A DNA stretch of 64,000 bases from Lama guanicoe (taxonomy: Eukaryota). The stretch's first letter is position 1, and every line of letters starts with the position of its first letter. The notes beneath the pieces were generated by a model that was given only the letters and a program-made list of their open reading frames with translations, did no database searches and was not told the origin of the DNA. The stretch covers positions 9,071,231 to 9,135,230 of the forward strand of contig MU054187.1 of assembly GCA_013239625.1 (NCBI GenBank), written 5' to 3'. A program made the translations under genes and the position numbers. Positions 37,618 through 51,379 of this stretch are shown here, one piece after another.

Positions 37618-37815
37618 TAGAACGTGTGCTGGAGCCTGCTCACACTGGCTCAAGACAGCCACCTCTGCATTTTTCCCAACAATGACACTACGCTGACAGC
37701 TTCCTATCAACCATGGTAAGAGTAAGCGTACTACAGAAACCAGCAAACACCACAAATCAGGGTTATGTTTCCCTCAGAGATCCAGTTGTTACAAGCACTT
37801 CCCAGCACACCACTG
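37618..37815 (+). mobile_element. MER63A-like hAT-Blackjack MITE
   Basis: GTGTGCTGGAGCC start and CCAGCACACCACTG end (TIR); internal CAAACACCACAAATCAGGG. Confidence 0.8.
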
Positions 37816-39059
37816 GATACAACCCTATATCAAATTGTTCTGTTCATCGAACCAACCTTTTTATTCTCATAATAAAGCTGTAAATTTGTATTTACCAAAT
37901 TTACCAAGAAAATACTGCATATATTGAGGTTTCTAGTAAGGTTTAGAAAAAATTTTTCAGTATCTGAAATACTGCTATAAAATAGCCTATATGAAAAAAT
38001 ATTATGAATTTTTTTTAAATTGTAAAACATTATGCACAGTAAGAGACAGAAAGAGAGAATGCATTTAGATGGACAGATATTCAGATTGCTGAGCTAGATA
38101 CCAGTATGTTCACACTGTCATCTCTGGGTGGGAGAACTACAGATGATTTTTACATTTTTCTGTGACTTTCTTCCCTAAATTTTCCATCATGAACATTACC
38201 TTAGTTATAAAGAAAAATACAATTCATGCTTTTAAAAGGGAAGAGATTTAGTGTTTTTGTTCATGAACACAAGACAACACTATTTTTTCTTCATTTGTGT
38301 CTAAGTAGAACCTACATAATCCTTTGCAGGAAGGAAGGTAGCTCCAGTTTTTAAATTGGATGATTCTGTGCTACTATTTATAGTACAAAGCTATAACCTT
38401 GTTCTCTGACACTACCTGAAGATGTTGCAGGCATAAATTGAATTATAATATGCATTATAAGAAGAGTGCTGAATTCACATAATCACTTTGAAAATAAAAC
38501 CTGAGCCAAATCTCTCCTACTCTGAAATATGCATGTGATATGATCTGTGAAACTGCATTAACTCTATCCTTAAAGATAATGAAGTAAAGGGACATTGGTC
38601 ATGAGTCAGAAGATTTGGTTTCCAGGTCTACAGGTCAACGTTATTAGCTCTAGACCCTCTGAAGCAGCACTCTCTCTGAATCTAAACCTTCTCACTTGTT
38701 AAATGGGGTTAATATCTACCCGTTTCTTTCCACAGGATGAGAGACAAAGCAGATGAAAGAACTACCAAGTGAAAGATGGTATTACATGTCACCACTTCAT
38801 TATACACACATTTTAAGTTTTGTAACAACTGTATTTTGTTCCACTTTGATACAAAAGACAGCCTTATAACCAGCAAAGTATGATGCTAGTTTCCCTGGTA
38901 ACAAGTTAACCTCTTCACTGCTCAAAAAAGCTTTATATTAAAAAAAAAGAAAATCTCTTTTCTTTGCTGCCTTAATGTTTTTGACTTGCCTTAAAACAAG
39001 GATGATATTGACAGAATACTATTAACACAATGTGACACTGGATGGGGAGAGAAAGCTAT

Positions 39060-41530
39060 AGATCATTTTCAGTAAGGAGTATTGCTGCAAAAGTCCTAAA
39101 CAAAACACTAGCAAGTGGAATTATCAAAGGAACAATACACCTTACCCAAGTAAGAATCATTCTAGGAATATAAGGGTAAGTTAGTATTAGAATATTTATC
39201 AGGGTAGTTTACCAAATGAGATCAAAAGGTGAAAAACTTGAAGCATTGCAACAGATGCCCCAAAATGCATCTGAATAAAGTAAAACATTCCCATATAAAT
39301 ACTCCTAATGAAGTAAAGATAAAAAGGCAAAATATCATTATTTGCAAGTGATGTATTATTTGCAGGTGATTATGAAAGAAACAAGAAAAGGTACCAAGAA
39401 ACTATTAGAAAAAATAAGAAAATTCAGTATGCAGCTGATGAAAAAAAGTAACATAAAATTACAAACAGAAAACATAATGAGAGAAAAGATTCCATTTACA
39501 ATTCCAACCAAATAGAAGTAAAACAAATATAAGTAAACAACAAAAGTGACACAGGGCTCTACAAAGAGAATTTTTATTTCTATTGAGGGATCTCAAAGAC
39601 TGGAATGGGAAGATTCAGTATTAGGGTGAGAGCAGCTTTATCAGTCAGGCACACTCTAAGGAGCAACTGAGGAGAAATTCATGAAAGAACTCTTTCCTAC
39701 GGTCTGGGTAGGGTGAAGCTCCCAGGGGTTAGCAATAGCAGGAAGCTGTTACGACTTACTTCTAGACCCTCATGAGGACTCTCACTCTGGGAGAGGAAAC
39801 ACCCGGCAGAAGGTGTGGCCTTAGGTTGACAAACAACCCTACGAGGGTGAGATGCTGGGAACCATACCCTAACCTCTCTTTTCTCCCACCCTCCCATCTC
39901 CTACCAGCCCTCCCAACCCAACAAGAAGCCAGGGGCCAAGAGAGCCGAGATGACGCAGTCCATAGAGGGCAGCCTCTGAGGCACAGAGCAAGATGCAGAG
40001 AGTGGAGAATATATCTGAAGAGGCAAAAAGAATGTCCAGCACAGCAGCTAGTCTCTTTTGACTGTTTACTATCTATGCCAGGCACTGCTCTAACCATTTA
40101 ATTTGGATCAATTCTAATAATAACAGTTTGTTCAAACTACAAATTCAATCAATGCCACTTAAAAAAAAAGCAACAGGGTATCCTACAGGTAGAGAGAGGG
40201 AAGGGCGTTGTTCTTGACTAATGATAACTTTTTCTAGAGTGATAACTTTCTGCACATCAGGCAGGGGCGGAAAGAGGGGAGAATAGCCCTATCAAATATT
40301 TTAAAGTATTATTAAACTATAATAATTAAAACATTTTAATCCTGGCACATGCATAGACTGCCCGATGAAACAGAATAGAGTCTAGCGAGAGATCAAATAG
40401 ATGTAAGAATTTCACACATGATAGAGGTGGCGTTTCAAATAAAGGGGAAAAGATATATTATTTACTAAGTGATTTAGGGGAAACTGGATAATAAGTAGAG
40501 GGAAAAAGCTAGATCTCAACCTTATTCCATATACCACAATAAATTCCAGATAAAGCAACAACTAAAAACAGGAGGGGGAAAAAGTAGAAACAATTATCAA
40601 AAGAATAATGCAAAAGACTGCAGATTATAAGAAAGAATGTATCTATTATCTTGAGGAACAGCAGATAATACTTAAGTATGACATAGAATCAGAAGCCTTA
40701 AGAGGGAAAAAATGATGTATTTCACTAAATAAAATTATCACACACAAAAAACTACCATAAAAACCAAAAGAGATTAGATAAAATATTAGTAATACTGTAA
40801 TACGTTTACTTCTCTAATATTCTAATATTACTTTCCTAATACAATCTTTTATGTATTTTTAAAAATATAATTGCCATTAAAATAAAAATATGCATAGTAT
40901 CACTTATAATTAAAAAGAAGCAAAACAGATCTAATTAAACTCCTTTTTATTTTAACCCATCACAATGTCAGGGACTAACAAGACTGATGCTACCTCAGTG
41001 CCCGTGAGGGTATGGAGATAACACAAGAAAGAAACAGCAAGTATTCTGCACTATTCAGACTCTGACCATGCAACTCAGGAACCAAACAGGTTACGATAAA
41101 TTTTCAAACAGACCCCTCATTGCCCCTACTCCAGCCCCACCCATATATCAAGAACTAAACAGATTTGGATAACATCACATCTCTCACTATTTGAAATCAC
41201 TGTACAAACTCTCACAGTGCTAATTCAAGAAAAGATTTAGACAGCAAGGAATACACTGTGAAGTATTCATGGAGTTTCGCAGTAAGAATGTATATTGATG
41301 CAGCCTTTTGGAGATACCAAAATTGTAAATGCACATAGCTTTTGACCCAAGTTATTTTCCTTCCAGAAATGTATACCATGGACATATTCACATGGGGATA
41401 CAAAGATATACGTACCAGGATATTCACTGCAGCACTGTTTATAAGAGGGGAAAAAATACTGTTAACCTAAATATCTTAATTAACAGGGACCCCACTAAAT
41501 TACAGTACATCTGTGCAGTGGGCTTCATGA
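39060..41530 (+). mobile_element. Old L1ME-like ORF2/3' remnants interrupted by an LTR
   Basis: Degraded ORF2 motifs (AAAAGTCCTAAACAAAACACTAGCAA; GATTCCATTTACAAT; ATACCACAATAAATTCCAGA). Confidence 0.6.
39637..40042 (-). mobile_element. LTR33-like ERVL solo LTR
   Basis: AGAAGCCAGGGGCCAAGAGAGCC...GCAGTCCATAGAGGGCAGCCTC...ATCTGAAGAGGCAAAAAGAATGTCCAGCACA. Confidence 0.7.
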
Positions 41531-42814
41531 GTTCCTGTTTTTCCAGAGATGGCGGATAATGGGAAAAGACCACTTAGTGAATTTCTCAAACTAAAGACCA
41601 AAATGTAATTAAAAATATTGAAAATGATAACTGATTTTCAAGATTTCGACTTGAAAACTAAAACAAAAATATAAAAACAAGTTTAAGTCATATTGAACAA
41701 AATTTAAGTTATAATTTCAACTATGCACAAATTCTTAGAATTAAATCATGTTGATTTTTTTTTAGTATAAATCTTTTCAACAAAATTCTATAACACAATA
41801 TAACACATCCTTCACGTTTTTTTCTCAATCACAATAATCATCTTCTCAAAAAGATTGAATGGCTTCATTCATTTTTTTCCTAAAGGCCTCTCTAATCATT
41901 TGCACCGAAAGCCACTGTAATCACAACAGGCTCCCTTAAAAGCACGAAGTATGTCATCATCCTTGATCTTCAACTGGTAGTCTGTCAACAGCTTTGAGTT
42001 CTTTAATGTCACACCCATGAATTTCATAAAAATCTGCATGCTTTTGCAAGATATGCAATTTTGGTTTGCAACTGATTTTTATTGTATTCGACTAATAAAA
42101 ATGTTAACAAAGAATTAGGAGCAATATTTGAGTGGGAGCGAATTTTAAAAGTTGTGCTTTATTGCTAAAAATTTTTTCTTCTGATAACCAATCTAGTAAC
42201 ACAGATACTAAGCAGTCATTAAGAGAATGACATACCTACTGTGCTGACACAAAGATGTTCAAGATTTACATGTTTACAGAATATGTATGTTATGATTTCA
42301 TGTGCTCAAAACAGATTTTCACATGAATACTTATAATAATACATGTCAAGATATTTATATGTGAACAAATTTTCAAGAAAAGTATTTAAGAAACTATAAA
42401 CACTGCTCATCTCTGCGGAATTAGGAAGGAGAGGTTTCCTTAACTGCATTTTATATTCTTTTGAATTTTAAAATTTCACCACAGGAAGGCATTACTTTTA
42501 CAACAATGATGATGATGATGCTATAGCTTAGTTTTAAATTAAGTACTTAGTAATGATATAATCTATGAGTCCAGCTTCCAGGTGTTTAAGCCTTAATATA
42601 TTGAAGGCATTAAACTTAGAAATCTCAAATACTGGTTAATTAAAAGCCTTTCAAAAAACATTCTTATGCAACACTTGATTACTCTAACAGTTTTTTCCAA
42701 ATGTATTAATTACTTCAGACAGAAAACTTTTTATTCCATTAACCTTTAGAGATAAACAGGAACAATGGGTTTCAATGGAATCAAGTTTAATGTAACAATG
42801 AATCAAAAAATTAA

Positions 42815-43325
42815 TTGATAAGTTTTAGAGCCCATATTGCAACTAACTTTTTGCAAACTACCCCCTCCCCTTGAGTTCTGGCATCACTCTAAGAAAAAAC
42901 CCACAATTATAAGGAAAGGCTACTATAATACATCTCCCTCTTCCAATTAGTGGGGCTGGATTTTCTTCACTTACTTCAGCCCAAGCAACACACCACAGCA
43001 AGCTCCACATGGAAGCCTGGATGAGAACTCATCTGTCTTTTATGAAGCCCAAACTAACGTGATTTGAAGTGTAAATCAATGCCGCTTTCCTTATTAACCT
43101 TGCTCTGGAAATTTTAGGGTTGTGTTTTTTTCATTAAAAAAATTTATGTTCACATGTAACTGATACTATTGTTATTTTTAAATGAATAGTATTTGAATTT
43201 TTAAATTTATTTTCTAATACAAAAAATATCAATAGATGACTCATGTAAGTAACAGCTCTTCGGAGTCTTCAATAATTTTTTAGAGTGGAAAGGGGTCCTG
43301 AAATAAAACATGTTGAGATCGTTTG
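42815..43325 (+). mobile_element. hAT-Charlie1 3' fragment
   Basis: Degraded hAT C-terminal coding motifs (GCTGGATTTTCTTCA; GATGAGAACTCATCTGTCTTTTATGAAGCC) and terminus AAAGGGGTCCTGAAATAAAACATGTTGAGA. Confidence 0.7.
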
Positions 43326-43489
43326 GACCAATAGGCAAACAGCTGGGAACAATTTGTGTACATCTGGGATGAATGTACTATAACATGGTTGAGGTGTGGG
43401 AAAATGAAATGTTACAGATACTAAACTTGTTTTTAGTTATAATGCTGTTTAAAAAAATTAAGAAACAGGGAAAATGTATTTAAAGTTTT

Positions 43490-45735
43490 TATATTAACCC
43501 ACATATTTAGATTTCTGGTGCCTTCATTTCATCCTGTGGATGTGAGTTACCATCTGGTGTCATTTCCTGACAACCTTAAGAACTTGAAGTATTTCTTGTA
43601 ACTAAGTATTGCTTGCTACAGATTCTCTGAGTCTTTGCATAGGAATGTATTTATTTCACCTTCATTTTGAATGATAGTTTTGCTAAATACAGAATTATTC
43701 AGACAGTTGTTTCTCTTTCAGCCCTTCAGAGAACGTCATCCCACTGCCTCCAAGTGTTTCTGGTGAGAAGGCAGCCATTAACCATGTTGATGCTCCCCTG
43801 TGTGCAATGAGTTATTTTTCTCTTGCTGCTCTCCAGGTTTTCTCTTTCAACAGACTATGTCATGGGTCTCTTTGAGTTGGTTTCTGGATGTGTAGTTTAA
43901 AGTTTTTCATCAGTTTGGAAAGTTTTCCAAAAGGCTATTTTCTGCATCTTTCTCTCTTCTTCTGGGACTCTCATTTACACATACATCATGTGCCTGGCTG
44001 TGAGGCTTTGTTCATCTTTCTCCAATCATTTTGTTTTCAGATTAAATCATTTCTATTGGTTTGTCTTAAAATTCACTGATTCTTCTTACTGGCATCTCAA
44101 AACTGCTGTTGGGCCTCTTTAGTGAATCTTTCATTTCAGGTATTGTATTCTTCAAGTCTAGAATTGCCACTTTAACTTTTTACTTTAGAATAAATTTGGA
44201 AAGATGTTGCAAAGACAGTACAGAGTGTTCCTGTGTATGCTCCACCTAGCTTCTCCTAATGGTAATATCTTATATAATCACAATGCCTTTGTCAAAAGTA
44301 AGAAACTAACATTACTGCAACACTATAGACTTTATTCAGATTTTTCTTTACTCGAATTTTCTACTGATGGTTTTTTCTTGTGCTAGGGTCCAATGCAGGA
44401 TACCCACATTGCATTTAGTCATTATGTCCCCTTGGTCTCCTTTCATCTCAGTCTTTCTTTTCCATGATACTGACATCTGACATGACAGCACTGGTCATTT
44501 GGAACAGTCCCAAGTTTCACTCTGCTGTTTTCTCATGATCGGACTCAGGTTATAAGTCTTGGGAAAGGGCAGTACAGAGGTCAAGTACCCTCTCATGACA
44601 TCATACCAAGGAGTGGCTTGGTGGTTTTTTGTTGTTTTTTTTTTTTTTGAGGTGGGTATTGCTTTTAATAATTTCTGTACCCATATTGAGACTCTCCATT
44701 TGTTTATTTACTGTTGTTATACTTTCCTTTAATTATTTAAACATAGTTTTCTTTAGTTCTTTTACCATAGTTATGACAGTTGATACAAAGTCTTTATAAA
44801 TTTAACATTTGGGGACATTCAGAGGCAATTTTTTGGACTGCCTTTTTTCCTGTGCACTGGTCACACTTTCTTGTTTCCTCCCATGGCTTGTAAGTCTGTT
44901 GTTAAATCCACAAATTTTACATAATATAGCAACTCTGGACCCTGATTCTTTTCCCCCTTAAAGGAATTGCTGCTGTTCTGTTTACTTTTATTTCTGTTTG
45001 GTATTAGGCCTGGGCTAAATATGTAAAATCTGGCTCCCCGTGGTATGCGTCACTGGTGTCTCTGCTCAGTTTTGTTTTAAATATATTCCTGTTATTATTT
45101 TTAAGCTTAACCTCATAGGGAATGCAGCTTTGCATAGCTTAGCGGTCATCTTGTGACTGGACAGCGGTTATGCTCAAATACCTCAAGCCAGTAAGGCTCT
45201 AACCTCTGCTGATGGGTATATGTGCCCGGGTAGGGGAGAGCAGGCTGTTTTCCAGTTCGCCCAGGTTTACCTTTCCACAGGGCCCTTTCACGTCTCCGAG
45301 GTTGTGCATGTGTGCAACTTCGGGGTCCATCAAAAGTATGAAATTCCTTGGACCTTCTCAGGTCTTCCCTGTGCTTATGTGCAGCCTCATCCAGGAATAT
45401 GTTTCCTCCAAACAGCACTGCAATCCCAGGCTATCTGAGCTGAGTCACCAGCCCTCCCTCGCAGTTCTGAAAATTCACATCCACAGAAAATGCCACTGGG
45501 CATCACCCACGACTCCCAAGAGCTGAGCCCCGTTCAAGCTGAGGTCTTTATGGCCAGCTTCTTGCTGGCAGAACCTCACGCCAATCAAGAGTGGGGTGAA
45601 ATGTCAGTAGCCCCAACCAAGAATGCCACAAATTCCCATTTTTCTTACTCTGAGTTCAACAGCATAACTCTTTTCAAAGTTTTATACAATTGGCCTTTGG
45701 TCAGTTTCCAGAGTACTGAAATGGTTGCTTTAGAA
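43490..45735 (-). mobile_element. Old L1M 5'/ORF1 remnant with nested L1MC-like 3' fragment (about 44180-44610)
   Basis: TTTATTTCACCTTCATTTTGAATGATAGTTTTGCT; CTGCTGTTGGGCCTCTTTAGTGAATCTTTCATTTCAG; nested GTTGCAAAGACAGTACAGAG...CCACATTGCATTTAGT. Confidence 0.7.
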
Positions 45736-46428
45736 AAGTAACGTAAAAATAAAAATTCCATCCAAATGTTCATACCGTTTGGACCAGTAGTCCCAGTTCT
45801 ATAAAAATCAGCCCAAGAAAACAACCCAAAATGTGGATAAAGCTGTGCATAGCACCTCCCTCCTGTGTTATTTCTCCCTACAGCCTCCAGGATGCTAAGT
45901 GGAGCCACGTGAGTACATTCTCAGCAAGGCAATGAGAGCAGAAGAGACACCACGGCTTCCTGCTCACCTCCTCGATGTAAACTGCCCGGTACTTCCTCGC
46001 TGTCCCCTTCCCACAGGTGAAGTGTGCACTGGCCGCAACTCACAGACCACCATGACAGTTAAATCCCTGTATTACTTCATGGAAAAGAATCACTTCACCA
46101 GCCTCTACGTATTTTCAGGCCATTGTATGTCAACAAAATAAGACGTTATCTTATTACTGAATAACATTACAAATCCATATTTTAAAAAGTAGTATGTTCC
46201 AAAAAGCTACCAAATTAAATGTACCCATTCATCACAACTACCTTAAAATATGTATATAAATATGGCAATACAAAAAAAATAATGCTATATAATGGTGCGA
46301 TTATGGGTAAATATTCCTTTCAAACTTTCAGTAATATTAAGTTAGTCTGATAATTTAAAAAGCTGAAATTGTTGAATTAAATTAAATCTGTTTTGAAACA
46401 GTTTTTCACTCTGTTTTAAGATTGTCTT

Positions 46429-46673
46429 GGGTCGCTCTCACTCTGTCGCTCTCACCTTCTGAAACAGCCCGCACTCTGTCTATGGAGAGTGTATCTGCTT
46501 TTACTTTAAACACCCCACACCTCTTGGCTTCTCTCCCTCTCACCTGTCTGAGATGGCCCACATTCTGCCTAGAGTGTGTGTCTCCTAAGCCGTTTTCCCT
46601 TCTGAGTGAGACAGACCCCACCCTGTCTATGGAGTGTGTCTCTAAATAAAGTTGCTTTCACTTAAAAAAAAAA
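46429..46673 (+). mobile_element. LTR-like sequence with three internal ~47-nt repeats ending in AATAAA + poly(A)
   Basis: Repeats of CCC(G/A)CACTCTGTCTATGGAG..TGT.TCT type; AATAAA 46645-46650; A10 at 46664-46673. Confidence 0.7.
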
Positions 46674-47217
46674 TATATATATAGTCTTTAAAAATGGTTT
46701 CAAAGCAAATTTAAGGGATTTTCACCCTATCCACTTTCACACTGGTATAAAGCATGACTCCTCCGGCCGATGTTCACATTCAAGGGGCCTGGTCTGCCAT
46801 CCAGCCATTGTGTTCTTTAATAATGAAGAATAAATTATCTACTCATGTTCCTCAAGGGCACTAGCATAGCAGCCTTATTCAAATAGACTGGCTCCACGTA
46901 ACTAAATAAACTTTTTTTTACTTTTTAAAAAAAGTCTTTTGCTTCATCTCTTATATTTGTATTTCTTAGAGGAAGCAAAGTCTCCATGCAAGGGGAATAC
47001 TGGAATCTGACCCAGTAAGAAGCTTTATGCCTTTTCTCTCCCAATAGCTTCCCTCAACCTAAAATTCTTTCTGGAGGAGAGCTGGCCCCTCTATGAAAAG
47101 CATAGCTTTTAAGGCTGAAGTTCCTGACCCTCAAAACCAAGAAACTAAAACAGCCAAGCCCAAAGAAAACAAAACAGAGCTGCTCAAAACTTTGTTGTCT
47201 TCTTATTTTTCAAACTA

Positions 47218-48014
47218 CAGTAGTCAACCCTTATCTGTGGTTCCCCTCTCCATAATTTCAATTACCCATGGTCAACTGCAGTTTGAAATATTAGATGGAA
47301 CATTCCAGAAACACAATTCACAAGTTTTAAAAAGCGCATCACTCTTGAGTAGTGGAATGAAACCTCACACCGTCCCACTTAGGACGTGAATTATCCCTTT
47401 GTCCAGTGTGTCCTGCCTGTTAGTCACTTAGTATCAGCACCGTCTCGGTTATCAGAACAACATGGTATCTCAACACTTGTGTTCAAGAAAGCCTCATTTT
47501 ACTTAATAATTATTTACTTAACAACAGCCCCGAAGCACAAAAGTAGTGATGCTGGCGATTCAGATATGCCAAAGAGAAGCCATAAAGTGCTTCCTTTAAG
47601 TGAAAAGGTAAAAGCTCCTGACTTAATAAGAAAAAACCCCCACAGGCTGAGGTTGCTAAGATCTACGGTAAGAACGAAGGAAGATGAAATTTGTGTTAGT
47701 TTTGCTGTCACATCTCAAACTGCAAAACTTACAGCCAGAGTGCATTTTAAGTGCTTAGTTAAGAAGGAAAAGGCACTAAATCTGTACACCAAGATTTTGA
47801 GAGAGACCACATCCACATAACTTTTTCTACAGTATAATTGTTCTACTTTATTAGTTACTGTTGTTAATATCTTACTGTGCCTAATTTTTAAACTTTATCA
47901 TAGGTATGTCTGTATAGGAAAAAACAGTACATGTAGGGTTTGGTACTATCTGTGGTTTCAGGTGTCTAGTAGGGGTCTTGGAACATATCCCCCATGGATA
48001 TGGGGGAACTACTG
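47218..48014 (+). mobile_element. MER44/Tigger7-type Tc1-mariner (pogo) deletion derivative
   Basis: TIRs CAGTAGTCAACCCTTATC / GATATGGGGGAACTACTG, TA TSDs at 47216-47217 and 48015-48016; transposase N-terminal remnant APKHKSSDAGDSDMPKRSHKVLPLSEKVK. Confidence 0.92.
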
Positions 48015-48209
48015 TATATAATCTCTCTAAATATGCAGCTAACTTGCACAGTATCTTGGTATTTTCAAACCTAATAATTAAACTAAAGGTTTGAACAGAG
48101 GAAGCGTACAGAACCCCATAAAATATAACTACAAGTGTGTCTAACTATAGAAAAAAGAGGTGGCCTTGAATCTCTCTAATAAAATGTACTATAAAACATC
48201 ATTATTTCT

Positions 48210-48488
48210 ACAGCCATGTTGTCCAGTGAGAATCAGCAGCCACTGAGGCTAGAGAGTGCTTGAAATGGTGCTGGTCAGAACTGAGATGTGCTCTCCAAAA
48301 ACACATAAAATTTATCATTAATATCTTTTTAACATTATATGTTAAATTAATATTTTGGATAGAGTTGCTTAGATAACATATACTAAAACTAATTTCACCT
48401 GTTTCATTTTACTGTTTTAAATGTGGCTACAGGAAAATTTTAAATTACACATATGTGGCTCACACTGTACCTCTACTGGGTATCACTG
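48210..48488. mobile_element. MER33-like hAT-Charlie MITE
   Basis: CTTGAAATGGTGCTGGTCAGAACTGAGATGTGCT...AATGTGGCTACAGGAAAATTTTAAATTACA...GTGGCTCAC. Confidence 0.7.
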
Positions 48489-49039
48489 GTGTTACATGTG
48501 AACCAACTGGTCCAGATTCTAACAAGAAAAATTCTACAAGCATTTTCTTTCAGTTTAGTATTCTCTATCTAGTTCTATACTTCTGTGCTAAAAGATGAAG
48601 AGGTTGTGTTGACCTAGGGTTGTGTCCCGTGGTGTACGGAAGAAAAAACTGCCTAGAGTCATCACTTGGGTTACTCAACAACAGTGGTGTATGATCTACT
48701 ATGAGAACCGATGCTGCAGGAGAAATCCAGAGACCTTTTTTAAAGTCCTAAACAGTTGAAAACTTACCCCTGATTCTGACCATGCCATTTATCAGTTTTA
48801 CACGAAGGGATCTGAATATTATCACCACTTCAAGAGGCCTTCCAGAAATCCTTTACTCATCAAAGAATTAACAGTGGCCACCTTGAGATGGTATAAGGTC
48901 CTTTAAGACAGAAGTAACTGTTGCCATGGCAGGGTTCAGGACAGCACTGTGAGAAGGGGGACAAAGGAGGGAGTGTGGGTAGAGCAGGAAGCTGGACTCT
49001 ACAGGACTGGGTCACTGACAGGACTTCATAAAGGTTCAA

Positions 49040-49230
49040 TGCACTTTTTACATTTGCTGAGTACCTACTCTGTGTGAAACACTAGGCTGAACAGAGCTAA
49101 ATAAATACTGACCACTCTTAAGGAGTTCATAGTTTAATCAAACTGAAATCAGGACAGACAGGTATACAAGGGTCAGCTGTTCCAAGAGTTAACCCTGAGC
49201 TAGAATCTTAAGGATGGAAATCAGAGTTGG
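49040..49230 (-). mobile_element. L2 3' fragment
   Basis: CATTTGCTGAGTACCTACTCTGTGTGAAACACTAGGC...AAGGAGTTCATAGTTTA. Confidence 0.55.
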
Positions 49231-51379
49231 TTAATAAAATCAAATAAATCAGTAGACAAAGAGCTGAAGCTCAGTGCACTCAGGAGGCAAGGAAGGTTAT
49301 GGTTAAATGGGAACACAGGTATTCCAGACGTACAATGGATGAACTCCAAGAACCCTTTGAAATGTTACATAGATTTCGCCATGACTTCTGTGTCTCTGTG
49401 TCTACCTCCCTGTGACATAAATAAAATCACCATCTAAAATAATAAAGTTAAAAGTAAACCTAAATAAACGTTCTAAGATTTTATTTTTATATCTTCAATG
49501 GCCTTTCTTGTACAGCCCACTTGAATCCTGCTCTAAAGTATCCTAACCAAAAAAAACAAAAAACAAAACAAAAAAAAACAGAGAGAAATTGAAAAGTACC
49601 AATGCTGGGGAAGTAAAAGTGGAAAGCCTTGAAAAAGTTATTAAAACTACACTTCAAATGGAAATGAGCCAAAGACAATCACAAAAATCCTTGGAGTCAC
49701 TTCTGGGAAGTTTTTCTCTGAAAACGAATTTGGAGTATTTTCACTGTGAAACAAACAGAAAATGAAAATGTTGGTTCTATACGTTTCAAGTAATCTATGG
49801 GCTTACTTTTATCTTCAAATTGTCATCTTTTATGATAATATAAGCCACTAAAAAAATCCCTTTAAATATTTATAAGATATAAATTCTCTTCAAAATTGTG
49901 GAGATTTTTAGAAAAGCTATCTAAAATGGGTTCTATTTTTCATTTTTCTTACTATAAAAGCTGAGGTATTATCACAAAATTAAAACTATTTAAGTGAGTT
50001 AGACTGTGTGCCAAATGCTTTAACAGTGAGTGTGCTGAGAAAGTACATTCAGAAGTTCTCAAGTCATTCATTTTAAATACACGTTCCCAGCATAATATTT
50101 TTCCTCCAATTCCACATTCTCAGTTCTTGAAAAATACATATGTCGCCCTCCTTTTACCATGTATTTAAACTACAAAGATATAATCAGCAATAATTTGTTA
50201 TTGATAATTAGCTCACAAAACTTATTTAAAAAATGAAAAAGATCTTTATCAAATTAGTATGTTGAAAACAAAAAGTTTATGTGTGAAAGAATTTAAAATA
50301 CTTACTACTTCTTTAACAAAAATTTACTCCCATGATTACATTGTGAAAGAGATAAGGCTTACCAGATAAAGGCTTAGCAGTATATATAGAACATCATTTT
50401 ATTTAAAAAAAGGCCAGAAAGGGAAGTTTGCCACACATATGACAAAAATGTTCATTCTCAATATAAAACAATTCAAAAATTTAAAATGTACTAAGTTGCC
50501 AACAGAAGAATAGATAATGGATACAGAAGATAGATAGTAGGTAATTAATAAACACATTTCAAGTTTAATACCAAGCAAAATCCAAACTAAAAATACTGGC
50601 AAGGTATGAAAAGGTACTCACATGCTGCTCACGGAAAGGTAAATTGGGATTATCTTTCTCTGGAAGGAGATTTGGCAATATGTTTTCATCCAGGAATTAA
50701 GAAATAATTTCAAAATTGAAAGCAAGATTTGAGTAGGAAAATTGTATCACAATATTTTACTTCTGTGCAGAAAAACACTGGATTAATGTCCTAAAATGTC
50801 AGCGGCAATTCTCTCTGGTGGGAGGCTATAGGTGCCGTTTACTTTCTTCTTTATGACAAGCACGTATTAACTTCAGTTAAAGAAGAATTCAAGTTGCTTT
50901 TTAGAATTATTTTTAACAAATATCACCCAATTCTTTTTACCGAGACAAATAATAAGTATTTTCTATTTCTATTCCAAATGGACAGGGCTCCTATTCTAAT
51001 TCCGGATTTTTACTTCCCACTCACCAAAAACATCATTCTCCCACAGAAGTACAGCAGAAAGGCATTCTAGTCAGAGAGATCTAAATTCAAACCCTAGAAA
51101 CACATTTACAGCTGTTACTTTCTGCAAATTTTCTAAATCTTGATGTATGCCTTAAATAAGATTACATAATTTTAGGGATTAAGATAGCTCCAATACCACA
51201 GAGGGCAGCTCAGAAAGGGTATAAACATGGAGGGAGAATTTTGCAGGGAAGGAACAGGCTGGGACTATAAAAAGAAATGATAAGAATACAAGTTGGCATT
51301 CCTCCCAATGAGAGTTATGGTGACATGTGATCTGACATGATAAGCACGAAGACTAAGAGAGTTAAGTTTTTCATTCTTC

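Noticed and set aside
41580..42200. Possible ancient DNA-transposon coding remnant
   Set aside because: Could not recover a convincing motif or termini by eye.
46450..46643. Spaced direct repeats superficially like a CRISPR array
   Set aside because: Eukaryotic context, only three diverged units with irregular spacing, LTR-like with poly(A); no cas genes.
47386..47820. 144-aa ORF with pogo/CENP-B-like N-terminal similarity (possible domesticated transposase)
   Set aside because: Lies within a ~0.8-kb MER44-type deletion derivative; frameshifted and lacks the DDE domain.
48761..48815. Minus-strand donor GGG|GTAAGT with nearby AG
   Set aside because: Weak polypyrimidine tract and no coding support; expected by chance in a long intron.
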